Positions 1 through 10,036 of a stretch of 56,976 nucleotides of DNA are shown one piece after another. The notes beneath the pieces were generated by a model. The model saw only the letters and a program-made list of their open reading frames with translations, searched no databases and was not told the DNA's origin. The DNA comes from Savitreella phatthalungensis (taxonomy: Eukaryota): positions 186,001-242,976 of the forward strand of contig AP039710.1 of assembly GCA_051599415.1 (NCBI GenBank), in the 5' to 3' direction. The number at the start of each line of letters is the position of its first letter. The first letter of the stretch is position 1. The position numbers were made by a program, and so were the translations under genes.

Positions 1-1
1 C

Positions 2-2212
2 GACGGGTGTCTGGCACTCATCGTTCGAGTCCTCGTCGATGATCTGTTTGGCGAAACGGGTGCGGAAAAGGACGCGGAAGGGTACGTGTCGTCAATGAAA
101 GAGGTCAAGGCTCACAGGAGTTACGACTCGTTCGAGATCATCGCGCGCATCGCCTCACTCACCGCCATCGGTACCATCATACACCCAGTCCGACAACTCC
201 TGATCGAATCGTCCTCTATCAAGTCACTCCGCAAGATAGACGAAGTACTGCGGCGGATGTCGTTGGGACTTCTGAAGAACGATCAAGCAGCCTCACGCGA
301 AGGTCTCACCCTGTGCTACAACATCTACGAGCAGGCAGCCACAGCACCAAAGAACGGTCACAAGCTCATCCGATTCTCTCTCGACATCCTCCGAAATCTG
401 CTGACAGGACATCCGGAATTGTGCGTGCCATCCAACGTCGCTGCATTCGTGCCGGTGATTGGCGACGCGGTCATGTCGCCGCACGAGGACGTCCAGATGT
501 CGAGTCTCCGAATACTCACCCATCTCGTCAAGCTGGACGAGGCGGAGTTGCAAGCCGGCATGTCTGTCTTTGTCGATCGAGCCATGCAGCTGATTCGGTC
601 ATCCCCATCAACAAAGACAGAGCTCGCGCAGACAGCTCTCAAGTTCATGGCAGCAGTACTTCGTGACCGTCAATCGACACGCGTTCAAGACAGAGCGATT
701 GCCTACCTCCTCACCCGCGTCCGAGCAGACCTCGAGGAACCAGATCGCCAAGCCACAAGTTTCGCCCTCGTTCGAGCAGTTCTCAATCGCAAAACCATGC
801 TCACAGAAGTGTACGAGACGATGGATGCGATAGCGGAGATGGTCGTGACAAGTCAGAGCAGTAGTGGGCGAGCGATTGCGAGATCAGCGCTGTTTGCCTT
901 CCTACTCGACTACCCGCAAGGTAAAGCGCGATTCCGGAAGCAGATCTCATTCGTTCTAGGGAACCTGACATACATTCACTCCTCAGGCAGGCAATCGGTC
1001 CTCCAGCTGCTCGACCAGATCGTCAGCACCTTCCCACAGGAACTTCTGAAGGAAGACCATCTGGCAATCGCCCTAGCACTGACGATGTGCATGGTCAACG
1101 ACGACGAGGCAATCTGTCGCGAAGGCGCAGCCAAAGTCCTCAAGCGCCTCATCGACCGCACAGACGATAACAGACAACTAATGTCAGCTGTCAAGCAGTG
1201 GTTCCTTAACGGCGAAAACCCAACGCTAATCCGTGCAGCTGCCCAGGTCTTCGGCATCGTCTTCGAAGCAGGCGCAGCAAAATCCGACGACATCAAGGTC
1301 TTCATCGACATGGTCCGACTCCAAATCAAGTCTCACACAGCAGACCAGCAAGCCGACTGGCAACCACTATACTACTGTCTGATCGGTTTTACAAAGCTCC
1401 TAGCTTCTGACCCCGATACATACCTGAGTGCAGCGTTCCTGGAGATGTGGGTCGGTATCACAGATCTGCTGATGTTCCAGCACGCCTGGGTTCGGCTGGC
1501 TGCGTGTAGGCTGTTGGGCAACGCTTTTGGTGGGAAATCGAAAGTGACGACGACGGCTTTGGTGATGGGAAAGAATCTGAGTCTGACATCCGTTCAGCTA
1601 GTGACGGTCTCGAGGAAGCTTGTCCAGCAACTGAGATCGCCACACGTCACGCAAGATCTGTCATCGCAAGTGTCCAAGAACCTCGTCTTCCTCCTGAGGC
1701 TCTTCGACGAAGCCGCCTGGCAGATGGACGAGACGTCCTGTGTCGAGTGGCTTACACGCAAGCTCGCATCCCTCCTCCAGACAGACAAGGATCTCGACAA
1801 GGCGGTTGCAGGAATGATTCGCAGCGACCTGATCCGGATCCTAGCAGCGACCACGCAAAAGCTCGCGTCACCAACAATCGAACACCTCGCAGGAGTCATC
1901 ACCAGACCGCTGTACAAGTACGCGGAAGCAGAAGAAGCTTCATCGACCGACAAGGAAGACCTGCGTGAGCTTGCAAAGGAAGCGCTAGACCTTCTGAGGG
2001 AAAGACTAGGACCGACAGCGTTCGCTCAAGTCTACAACGAGACCCGCAGAAACCAGCTAGACATCAGAGCATCAAGGCTAGAGAAGCGAAGGATCGATAA
2101 AGTCGCAAACCCAGATCAAGCTGCAGCAAAGAGGATCAAGATGAACATCAGGAAGAAAGAAAGGCGTCAAGAACTCTCTCAAGACTATCGCCGTCGTAGA
2201 GAGATAGCCTAA
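2..2212 (+). CDS. UTP20: U3 snoRNP/SSU processome component Utp20, C-terminal part (5' end lies outside the window)
   Basis: Frame is open from base 2: DDLFGETGAEKDAEGYVSSMKEVK..SYDSFE, then FLLDYPQGK, SGRQSV and HAWVRLAACRLLG. HEAT-like helical composition and a basic C-terminal tail, all typical of the Utp20 C-terminus. Confidence 0.9.
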   Translation, partial: DGCLALIVRVLVDDLFGETGAEKDAEGYVSSMKEVKAHRSYDSFEIIARIASLTAIGTIIHPVRQLLIESSSIKSLRKIDEVLRRMSLGLLKNDQAASREGLTLCYNIYEQAATAPKNGHKLIRFSLDILRNLLTGHPELCVPSNVAAFVPVIGDAVMSPHEDVQMSSLRILTHLVKLDEAELQAGMSVFVDRAMQLIRSSPSTKTELAQTALKFMAAVLRDRQSTRVQDRAIAYLLTRVRADLEEPDRQATSFALVRAVLNRKTMLTEVYETMDAIAEMVVTSQSSSGRAIARSALFAFLLDYPQGKARFRKQISFVLGNLTYIHSSGRQSVLQLLDQIVSTFPQELLKEDHLAIALALTMCMVNDDEAICREGAAKVLKRLIDRTDDNRQLMSAVKQWFLNGENPTLIRAAAQVFGIVFEAGAAKSDDIKVFIDMVRLQIKSHTADQQADWQPLYYCLIGFTKLLASDPDTYLSAAFLEMWVGITDLLMFQHAWVRLAACRLLGNAFGGKSKVTTTALVMGKNLSLTSVQLVTVSRKLVQQLRSPHVTQDLSSQVSKNLVFLLRLFDEAAWQMDETSCVEWLTRKLASLLQTDKDLDKAVAGMIRSDLIRILAATTQKLASPTIEHLAGVITRPLYKYAEAEEASSTDKEDLRELAKEALDLLRERLGPTAFAQVYNETRRNQLDIRASRLEKRRIDKVANPDQAAAKRIKMNIRKKERRQELSQDYRRRREIA

Positions 2213-2405
2213 AAAGAAAAGGCAGCATCAAAGAGCGACATGACAAGAGCGTCAAGTCGTAGCATCTATTAGCATCACGTAATGACAAACGATCATGAGT
2301 ATGATTTGGAGAGCTAAGACAGAGCATGAGTACGACTAAAGAAGAGTGTGAGTAAGTATAGCGTGAGTAGTGTATATCCTGTGCATATATCCTGACAGGT
2401 GAAGA

Positions 2406-2433
2406 TGAGTCAAGTTTAACAGCACGTGACTCA
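2406..2433. promoter_or_regulatory. Two perfect TGA(C/G)TCA (Gcn4/CpcA/AP-1-type) sites upstream of ARG4
   Basis: TGAGTCA at 2406-2412 and TGACTCA at 2427-2433, about 135-160 bp before the ARG4 ATG. ARG4 is a known general-amino-acid-control target in yeasts. Confidence 0.6.
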
Positions 2434-2565
2434 CTCACTTTGTACTACCTCTCACAAAAACCCCATCACACGTACAACACTACTTCAGCAGTCATCCTCG
2501 CCCTCAATCACACTCCTACCCTCAAAGAACTCCTCTGACGCTCTCTACTACGCTCCTCTAGAGTC

Positions 2566-3574
2566 ATGGCAAAGCTGTAAGTCATCTCCGCACTCCTAAA
2601 AATCACTCTTCGTGGTTCATGACTGACTTATTCCAGATGGGGTGGACGGTTCACTGGAGCCACAGATCCATTGATGACCAGGTACAACGAGTCCCTGAGC
2701 TATGATAAGCGTATGTACGCGTGTGACGTTCAGGGTTCTATCACCTACGCTCGAGCACTCCAAAAGGTAGGCATCCTGACAGCAGAAGAGCTGTCAGAGA
2801 TTGAGCGTGGACTCCTACTCGTCCGTGACGAATGGGCAGCAGGCTCTTTTGTAGAGCAGGAAGGCGACGAGGACATCCACACGGCAAACGAGCGTCGTCT
2901 AGGAGAGATCATCGGCACACACATCGCAGGCAAGCTCCACACAGGTCGATCGCGCAACGACCAGGTGGCCACGGACATGAGGCTGTACGTGCGGTCGGAG
3001 GTGGATGCCGTTGCTGGCCTTCTGAAGGACCTCGTGAGGGTACTCGCAGGCAGGGCAAAGAGCGAGATCGATGTCGTCATGCCAGGCTATACCCACCTCC
3101 AGCGCGCGCAGCCGATCAGGTGGTCACACTTCCTGTGCTCGTACGCCCTCCAATTCGCCACAGACCTCGACCGGCTGAAAGAGCTCCGGGTACGTGTGAA
3201 CCAGTGTCCACTGGGCGCAGGAGCACTCGCAGGCAACCCTTTCCAAGTCGATCGAGACTTCATCGCCAAAGACCTCGGTTTCGACGGCGTGATCGACAAC
3301 TCCCTCCTAGCCGTCGCAGACAGGGACTTCATCCTCGAGTTCCTCATGTGGTCAACCTCCCTGACCTCACACATCTCACGTCTAGCAGAAGACCTGATCA
3401 TCTACTCCACCCAGGAATTCAGCTTCGTCAAGCTGTCCGACGCATACTCCACAGGATCCTCTCTCATGCCACAGAAGAAGAATCCAGACTCGCTCGAGCT
3501 CCTTCGTGGCAAGTCAGGCAGGGTGTTTGGACAGATGGCAGGATTTTCCATGACCTTGAAAGGTGTACCATCGA

Positions 3575-3606
<32 letters not shown>

Positions 3607-3999
3607 CCGCTGTTTGACTGTATCAGGACTGTCCAGGATTCTCTCGGTATCCTCACAGGCGTCCTCTCGACCCTAAACATCTTCCCAGACAAAATGCTAG
3701 CCGCTCTCGACGAGTTCATGCTCGCAACAGACCTAGCAGACTACCTCGTACGCAAGGGAGTCCCATTCCGACAGACACACCACATCTCGGGAGAATGCGT
3801 CAAGCTCTCAGAGGAGACTTCTCGACCACTTTCGAAAATCCCTCTCGAAGAGTTCAAAAAGATCCACCCACAGTTCGAGCAAGACCTTCAGGATGTGTGG
3901 AACTACGAGGCATCAGTCGAGAAGCGCGCATCCCGTGGTGGCACATCACGAGCCCGAGTCCAACAACAGATCGATCTCCTCGAAGCCCGTGTCGCCTAG
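2566..3999 (+). CDS. ARG4: Argininosuccinate lyase; two exons (2566-2576, 2637-3999)
   Basis: A 60-nt intron at 2577-2636 (GTAAGT...CTGAC...CCAG) restores the conserved start [17 protein letters not shown]. Signature motifs present: [32 protein letters not shown]. Confidence 0.97.
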
Positions 4000-4115
4000 C
4001 AGAGCAAAGCAGAGCAAAGCAAAGCTAGCCAGAGCACAGCATCGCAGGACATATCATATCATACATAATACAATACACTATAGACCAGACCGCGTCGTGC
4101 CCATGAGCTGGCCTC

Positions 4116-5090
4116 TTACTTGGATTTTGACAGCGACTCTGCAGGTTCATCGCTTGCGAACGATCTCTCTGCCGTACTCTTGACCGTCGGAGACCCTGTG
4201 ACGGTAGCCTCGCCACCAGTCCAGACCATATTCCCACCGAAGCTTCGACCCATATACCCGCCGCCGGCCCCAGCATCACCTCCAGCGCCACTGCCTTCAT
4301 TACCACCGGTCATGGTCTTCTGCCCGCGGTCATGCGCGAATCGACACCAGTCGTTCAGACACGGTGTGTACCTGCACTGTGGCAGACCTGAGCTTGTGTC
4401 TCTGTATGGGAAGTTGAGGGCCGGTGACGGATGTGTCTTGCTGCACTCCTTATCCTTGCAATCCTTGCCATCCTCACACGCGGCCGCCTCAAGCACCATC
4501 GAACTCCCATCCACGCCAGCAGGCGACGGGTGTCCATACACACACATCCGATTCGTACATCCTTCACCAAACCGGCACAGCGGTCTCTGCTCCTCAGCCA
4601 TCTCATCCGCGCTCGCACCAACCACCTCCTCCCGAGGGTGCACAAACGCGCATGACCGACCACGAGGGCATCCGGGCCAATCCCTACACGTCCGTCCTCC
4701 CATCGTGCTCGTGTCACGGGAGCTCCGTGCGGATGTACGTTGTGGACCGCCTGCAGGCTTCTGCTGTGGTGGTGATGGAGCGGTGGAGGCTACAACATCT
4801 GCTGTGGCAGGCGCAACAGGGGGGTACGGTGTGCCTGGTGCAGTGACCCGGGATGACTTCTTGTCCTCCAAGGGTGCAGGTGCGGGGGCAGGTGGCAGTT
4901 CCCTTTCACCCACCACCCACCGCGTGAACGCAGCATCGTACCCAGCCACAAGCTCAACAACCTCAGACGTCACCTCCTCAACACTCCGACCATTCTCAAC
5001 CAGCATCATAATGTACTCAGCAGTCCCAACACCATCAGCAGCATCGTACCGCTCAACTAGAGCCCGCGCAACCTCTTTGACGTCCCGCAT
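4116..5090 (-). CDS. NAB2: Nab2-like nuclear poly(A)-binding protein (PWI-like N-terminus plus tandem CCCH zinc fingers)
   Basis: N-terminal AEYIMMLVENGRS..EV..EV..LV..YD..FTRW. Repeated C-x5-C-x4/5-C-x3-H fingers (CRDWPGCPRGRSCAFVH, CRFGEGCTNRMCVYGH, CEDGKDCKDKECSKTH, CRYTPCLNDWCRFAH). Start set at the first ATG (5090) and is uncertain. Confidence 0.75.
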   Translation of the reverse strand: MRDVKEVARALVERYDAADGVGTAEYIMMLVENGRSVEEVTSEVVELVAGYDAAFTRWVVGERELPPAPAPAPLEDKKSSRVTAPGTPYPPVAPATADVVASTAPSPPQQKPAGGPQRTSARSSRDTSTMGGRTCRDWPGCPRGRSCAFVHPREEVVGASADEMAEEQRPLCRFGEGCTNRMCVYGHPSPAGVDGSSMVLEAAACEDGKDCKDKECSKTHPSPALNFPYRDTSSGLPQCRYTPCLNDWCRFAHDRGQKTMTGGNEGSGAGGDAGAGGGYMGRSFGGNMVWTGGEATVTGSPTVKSTAERSFASDEPAESLSKSK

Positions 5091-5121
5091 CGTCACGCCT
5101 GCACTCAATCTCACTCGTTCC

Positions 5122-5153
5122 GTGACTCTGTGACTCTGTGACTCTGTGACCCT
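5122..5153. repeat. (GTGACTCT)x3-4 tandem repeat in the divergent NAB2/TYS1 promoter
   Basis: Three exact 8-bp units plus GTGACCCT; each exact unit contains TGACTC. Confidence 0.85.
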
Positions 5154-5388
5154 GCGACGGTCCTGGAGGCGTAAAGCGTGTGTTATGCAGTAGGTCGCCC
5201 TCGCAATCCTTTTCCTTTCCCCCTTCGAGCGTCAACAGGGTTGTCCACATCACAACTTAAAAAAAGATTACTCCTCATACACTCGCACAAGCACATACTC
5301 AAGGCACTCGGCTAACAAACAGCCACGAGACGATTCCTGAACTGTCTAAGGTATACTTCTGCCTGTAGCTCCTCTTCAGTCGGTACAG

Positions 5389-7089
5389 ATGACAGCTGAT
5401 CTTGCTCCTGTCGCTGCAACTACGACTGCTACCACTAGTGCAAGCTCACTCTCGGTCGAGGACAAGTACAAACTGATCACTCGAGGTCTCCAGGAAGTGC
5501 TTGGGGAACAGGAGATCCGTCAGATCGTCGCTGAGCGAGACCTCGTCATGTACTGGGGTACCGCACCGACGGGGAAGCCGCATATCGGGTACTTTGTGCC
5601 TTTGACAAAGATAGCAGACTTCCTCGCGGCAGGGTGCAAGGTCAAGGTGTTGATGGCAGACCTGCACGCGTATCTGGACAACCAGAAGGCGCCGTGGTCA
5701 TTGCTCAAGCACCGGACAAGGTACTACGAGCAGCTGATCAAGGCAACCCTTGTGTCGATCGGCGTCTCGATCAACCAGCTCGAGTTTGTCCAGGGCACAG
5801 ACTACCAGCTCAAGTCAAACTACACGCTGGACGTGTACCGCCTGTCTGCGGTGGTGTCGCAGCACGACTTCAAGCGTGCTGGCGCAGAGGTCGTCAAGCA
5901 GACAGACCACCCGCCCCTGTCGGGTCTCCTGTACCCTGGCCTGCAGGCCCTGGATGAGGAGTACCTGGGTGTTGACGCGCAGTTTGGCGGGGTGGACCAG
6001 CGGAAGATCTTCACCTTTGCGCAGGACTACCTGCCCGTGCTCGGGTACAAAAAGCGCGCTCACCTGATGAACCCGATGATCCCAGGACTGATGGGCACAA
6101 AGATGTCCTCCTCAGACCCAGACTCAAAAATCGACCTGCTCGACTCCGCCAAGGACGTCGAGCGCAAGGTGAAGCGTGCCTTCTGCGAAGAGGGACTTGT
6201 CCAGGACAACGGTCTCCTTGCCTTCCTGAAGTCCGTCGTATTCCCGCTCGCGTCGCTCAAGGGGGACGGCGCTGCAGGGATGACGTTCAACAGGAAGGAG
6301 GAGTTTGGTGGGGATGTGACGTACACCGATTACGCCGTGCTCGAGGCGGACTACAGCGATCGGAAGCTCCACCCGGGCGACCTCAAGAAGGGCGTCGCTC
6401 AGGCCATCAACAACCTCCTAGACCCGATCCGGAAAATCTGGGCAAACGACCCGGAACTCGACGCCCTCACAAAACTCGCATACCCTGACACCACCACCAC
6501 CGCCGCCGCCGCCGCAGGCAAACAACCAAAGCAACCCAAGCAACCTAAGCAGAAGTCAGCCGCAGGCGCTACGCCATCAACCGACAGACCAAAGGACATC
6601 TCACGCATCGAGCTACGCGTCGGCAAGGTCGAGAAGGTTGATTTCCACCCGGATGCGGACTCGCTGTACGTGGAGACGATTTCGTACGGTGAGGGTATGC
6701 CGTCGCGGACTGTGGTGTCTGGGCTTGCGCGGTATGTGGAGAGGGAGGCGTTTGAAGGGAGGTTGGTGGTGACGATCAACAACTTGAAGCCATCGAAGCT
6801 CAGAGGCGTCGTGTCAGAGGCGATGGTGTTGTGCGCGTCTAGGAGAACCGGGGACGAGGACGCCGTCGAGCTGGTCAGCGTGCCCGAAGGCGCAAAGCCA
6901 GGAGATCTAGTCACATGCGAAGGGTTCGGGACGGGTGTGTTCGACCAGAAGAACACAAAGGTCTGGGCAGATGTTCAGCCGGATCTATTTGCGGGACAGG
7001 ACGGGATCTGCACGTACAAGGGGGTGACCTTGCAGGTCGGTGGTCAACCACTACGTGCACCGACACTCAAGGATGCTGCACTGTCATAG
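5389..7089 (+). CDS. TYS1: Cytosolic tyrosyl-tRNA synthetase with C-terminal EMAP II-like/Trbp111 tRNA-binding OB domain
   Basis: [14 protein letters not shown] (HIGH), [11 protein letters not shown] and KMSSS. After a [10 protein letters not shown] linker comes [44 protein letters not shown] (about 6595-7089). Confidence 0.96.
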   Translation: MTADLAPVAATTTATTSASSLSVEDKYKLITRGLQEVLGEQEIRQIVAERDLVMYWGTAPTGKPHIGYFVPLTKIADFLAAGCKVKVLMADLHAYLDNQKAPWSLLKHRTRYYEQLIKATLVSIGVSINQLEFVQGTDYQLKSNYTLDVYRLSAVVSQHDFKRAGAEVVKQTDHPPLSGLLYPGLQALDEEYLGVDAQFGGVDQRKIFTFAQDYLPVLGYKKRAHLMNPMIPGLMGTKMSSSDPDSKIDLLDSAKDVERKVKRAFCEEGLVQDNGLLAFLKSVVFPLASLKGDGAAGMTFNRKEEFGGDVTYTDYAVLEADYSDRKLHPGDLKKGVAQAINNLLDPIRKIWANDPELDALTKLAYPDTTTTAAAAAGKQPKQPKQPKQKSAAGATPSTDRPKDISRIELRVGKVEKVDFHPDADSLYVETISYGEGMPSRTVVSGLARYVEREAFEGRLVVTINNLKPSKLRGVVSEAMVLCASRRTGDEDAVELVSVPEGAKPGDLVTCEGFGTGVFDQKNTKVWADVQPDLFAGQDGICTYKGVTLQVGGQPLRAPTLKDAALS

Positions 7090-7119
7090 GATATGATGAT
7101 TATCTGTGGTACTGATTGT

Positions 7120-8811
7120 CTAGTTTGCAGAGGAGATTCCCTTGGTGCTCTTGCCCTTGCTCTCGAGGCGTCCGATGAGGGAGGCTCGACGCTTGTCAGC
7201 ACCGTCACCTCCACGTGGACCGTAGTACCTGTTGTGTCCGTAGAGGATCCAGTAGAACCAGGCAAAGACGAGGATGCCGACGAGGATGACGCTGGCGTAG
7301 TTCATCGTCTGTGCGGTCACAGGCAGGATGTTTGGGAAGAGGAAGATGATACTGACAACACCAGTCCAGACGACAGCGTACAGGTTCACTGCGAACGAGA
7401 ACCGCCCCAGATTCCAGGGACCAGGCACGTATGGGCGACCTTCGGCAGCCAGGCGCTTCCAATAGATGAGTCGGCAGGCGATGGGAACGCAGTAGCTGAG
7501 GTCGAGTGCGATGGCCGTGCAGCTGAAGACGGCAAAGATGGCAGGCTGGGAGGCGAGGCCGACGAGGTTGATGGCGATGCAGAAGAGGACGTTGAGCCAG
7601 ACGGCGATGATGGGAGTGCCTGTGTACTTCGAGATCTTGTACCAGAATCGAGAGCCAGGAAGCATCTCGTCGCGAGCGAGTGCCCAGATGGTACGGGCGT
7701 TCGCCTGGAGCGCGGTGATGCCAGTGAAGTTGAGGACGATGAAGGCGGCGATGGTGAAGACAAGACCACCCTTCTTGCCGAGAACGTTGAAGAAAACCTG
7801 GGCGATCGGCTGGCCGATCGTGTTTGAGAGGATGCCATCATCGCCATCGAGCGTGCCCATCGTGAAGGCGAGCACGATGTTGAGCACGAGGCCGAGGAAG
7901 CAGGTCATCGAGAGGGCGAGGGCGATCGAGCGAGGAGCGGCGACAGCAGCGTCCTTGATCTCTTCTGCGCACGCAGCAATCGCCGTGTAGTCCGTACACA
8001 CCCATCCGATCGACAGCAGGCCAAAGAGGAAGCCGAAGCCAGGGGAGGCCCAGCCGTTGTTCTGCGACTGGACCTCAATAAAGACGTAGTGCGCAGAGTG
8101 CTTGTTCTTCTGGCAGACGAGGAGGGCGATGCAGCAGGCGACGAGGGAAATGATGTGGAAGACGGCGTAGTACTTGGTGATCCTGTCGAGCCACTTGGTC
8201 GAGAGCGTGTTGATGAGACCGTGGATGGCGACGATACCGATCATGACGGCGACAGTCTGGTCGGCGTCTGGGGTGTACTCGAAATCGGTGCCGATGGCGA
8301 CAGCGGCCAGGAGGAGTTGCGCACAGCCGTAGTCTGTCGATGCGGTGCCTGCGACCTGACCGAGCAGATTCAACCAGCCGATGATCCAACTGGCGACGGC
8401 GACCTGGGATTCTGGCACGAGCTGGGAGGTCGCGTAGTAGAGTGCGCCGGAGGACGGGTATGCGGAGACAAGTTCTGCGACTGAGAGGGCAATCGACATA
8501 CATCCGAACGTGCCGATGAACCAGCACCAGACCATGGCCGGGGCACCGCCAGCATAGAGTGGGTAGATGGCGGTTGTGACCACGGTCGCAAACACGCCAG
8601 AGATACTGAGGGCGAAGGAGAAGGAAGCAAAGGCGCCAAATTCACGCTTCAGCACAGGCTTGTAACCGAGAGCCGCGATCTTTCGGTCTTCTTCCGAGAG
8701 GGAGGAGAAGTCTGTGAGCGGGATCTCTCCAAAGGACGATCGACCTGGGACCTCATCGATCGATGCAGGTCGTTCGGTCACAGAGGACTCTGTGTTCTTG
8801 GTGATTGCCAT
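7120..8811 (-). CDS. APC-superfamily amino acid/GABA/polyamine permease (Uga4/Tpo5/Hnm1-like)
   Basis: LGYKPVLKREF, AELVSAYPSSGALYYA, about 12 hydrophobic segments, PGPWNLG and MNYA. Start set at the first ATG (8811). Confidence 0.9.
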   Translation of the reverse strand: MAITKNTESSVTERPASIDEVPGRSSFGEIPLTDFSSLSEEDRKIAALGYKPVLKREFGAFASFSFALSISGVFATVVTTAIYPLYAGGAPAMVWCWFIGTFGCMSIALSVAELVSAYPSSGALYYATSQLVPESQVAVASWIIGWLNLLGQVAGTASTDYGCAQLLLAAVAIGTDFEYTPDADQTVAVMIGIVAIHGLINTLSTKWLDRITKYYAVFHIISLVACCIALLVCQKNKHSAHYVFIEVQSQNNGWASPGFGFLFGLLSIGWVCTDYTAIAACAEEIKDAAVAAPRSIALALSMTCFLGLVLNIVLAFTMGTLDGDDGILSNTIGQPIAQVFFNVLGKKGGLVFTIAAFIVLNFTGITALQANARTIWALARDEMLPGSRFWYKISKYTGTPIIAVWLNVLFCIAINLVGLASQPAIFAVFSCTAIALDLSYCVPIACRLIYWKRLAAEGRPYVPGPWNLGRFSFAVNLYAVVWTGVVSIIFLFPNILPVTAQTMNYASVILVGILVFAWFYWILYGHNRYYGPRGGDGADKRRASLIGRLESKGKSTKGISSAN

Positions 8812-9798
8812 GAGCGGTACGAGGATGGAGTGAGTATTTGGAGGGAGAAGATTGAGCCTCTGGAAGAAGCTGAAGCTGGAGATTGAGCGAAGAGGAAGGG
8901 GAAGATGAGATGGAGGAAGGAGTGAAAGAGGAGTAAGACAAAAGGTCAAGAGGTCTCTATCACACTGTCGCTGTCACTGTTCCTATCACTGATGTGGGAC
9001 AGTTGAATAAGAAGAATAGATCTCGACCTGGGACGATTGACCTGTAGGTTGAGGATGAGGATGGGTATGAGGACGAAAGAGAGTTGTTGAGAGTGAGCGA
9101 GAGAGAGAGAGAGACAGAGAAAGGGAAGAGAAGGTGATTGAGGATGTTAGAGGATACTGTTACGAGGGGTCTGACACAGGAAACAGTAGAGTAGACCTCG
9201 ACTCCGTGACTCTGAGACTGTCGACTCTTGACTCTCGACGCTGAGACTGTCGACCCTTTGAATCTTGACTCTGAGAGAGGAAGAGAGAGGCAGACGATCG
9301 CTCTCTTTCGTTTTTTTGACTTTCGACCTCTTCCAGCCATATCTTCGATCTGTTGAGGGTGACGGCGATAATGTCGTGATAAACTTGGAAGCGACATAGC
9401 TGAAGGCTCTTGGAAGACGTAAGATATGGCAGAAGACCCTCAGACCTGGAAATGAACTTGTCGTCACTCACTCCGGCTTGGTTTGTTGGTGATGGGCGCT
9501 CATATGAAGTACGTCTCACTCGGGGTGATTGTCTTGATTAAGCGTGTATTGAAAGTCTTGAAGTCTAGCAGGCCTGTGATGGTCTCCTCGGCGGTTCAGG
9601 TGATAGAGTGTAGAGGTATAAGACCCCGAGAGAGAGAGAGAGAGAAAGAGAGAAAGAGAGAGATCTCGCCTCCTTCGTCATAGTCACAAACGAGTCTCTA
9701 TAGTATGGGTCTGGAGACTGTCAGAGTGCCTGAACAAGAGTCTTTGTCATAGCCTATATGTGACAGTATATCGTTCTGACAGTGCAGTGTTGACCATC

Positions 9799-9859
9799 AA
9801 GTCATGGAGTCATGGAGTCATGGAGTCATGGAGTCATGGAGTCATGGAGTCATGGAGTC
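9799..9859. repeat. (GAGTCATG)n tandem repeat, 6 exact units plus partial flanks
   Basis: Exact units at 9807-9854; each contains ATGACTC on the minus strand. Confidence 0.9.
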
Positions 9860-9933
9860 TATAGGTGAATTGCAGATGACCGATGCATAGATTGGACAAG
9901 TAAAGGGTCCTCGTCATAGGACTCGCAGAAGTA

Positions 9934-9987
9934 GGAGAAGAAGGAGAAGAAGGAGAAGAAGGAGAAGAAGGAGAAGAAGAAGAAGAA
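9934..9987. repeat. (GGAGAAGAA)x5 + (GAA)x3 purine microsatellite
   Basis: Read directly from the sequence. Confidence 0.9.
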
Positions 9988-10036
9988 TAGAATAGAGTCA
10001 TGGTGTTAAGGATCTAGCTTTGGAGACAGATGCTAC

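Noticed and set aside
4120..5133. Long antisense or alternate-frame ORFs (also 2832-3617, 7093-7827, 45671-46966, 55195-56190)
   Set aside because: They are shadows of real genes in GC-rich, codon-biased DNA and carry no recognisable motifs.
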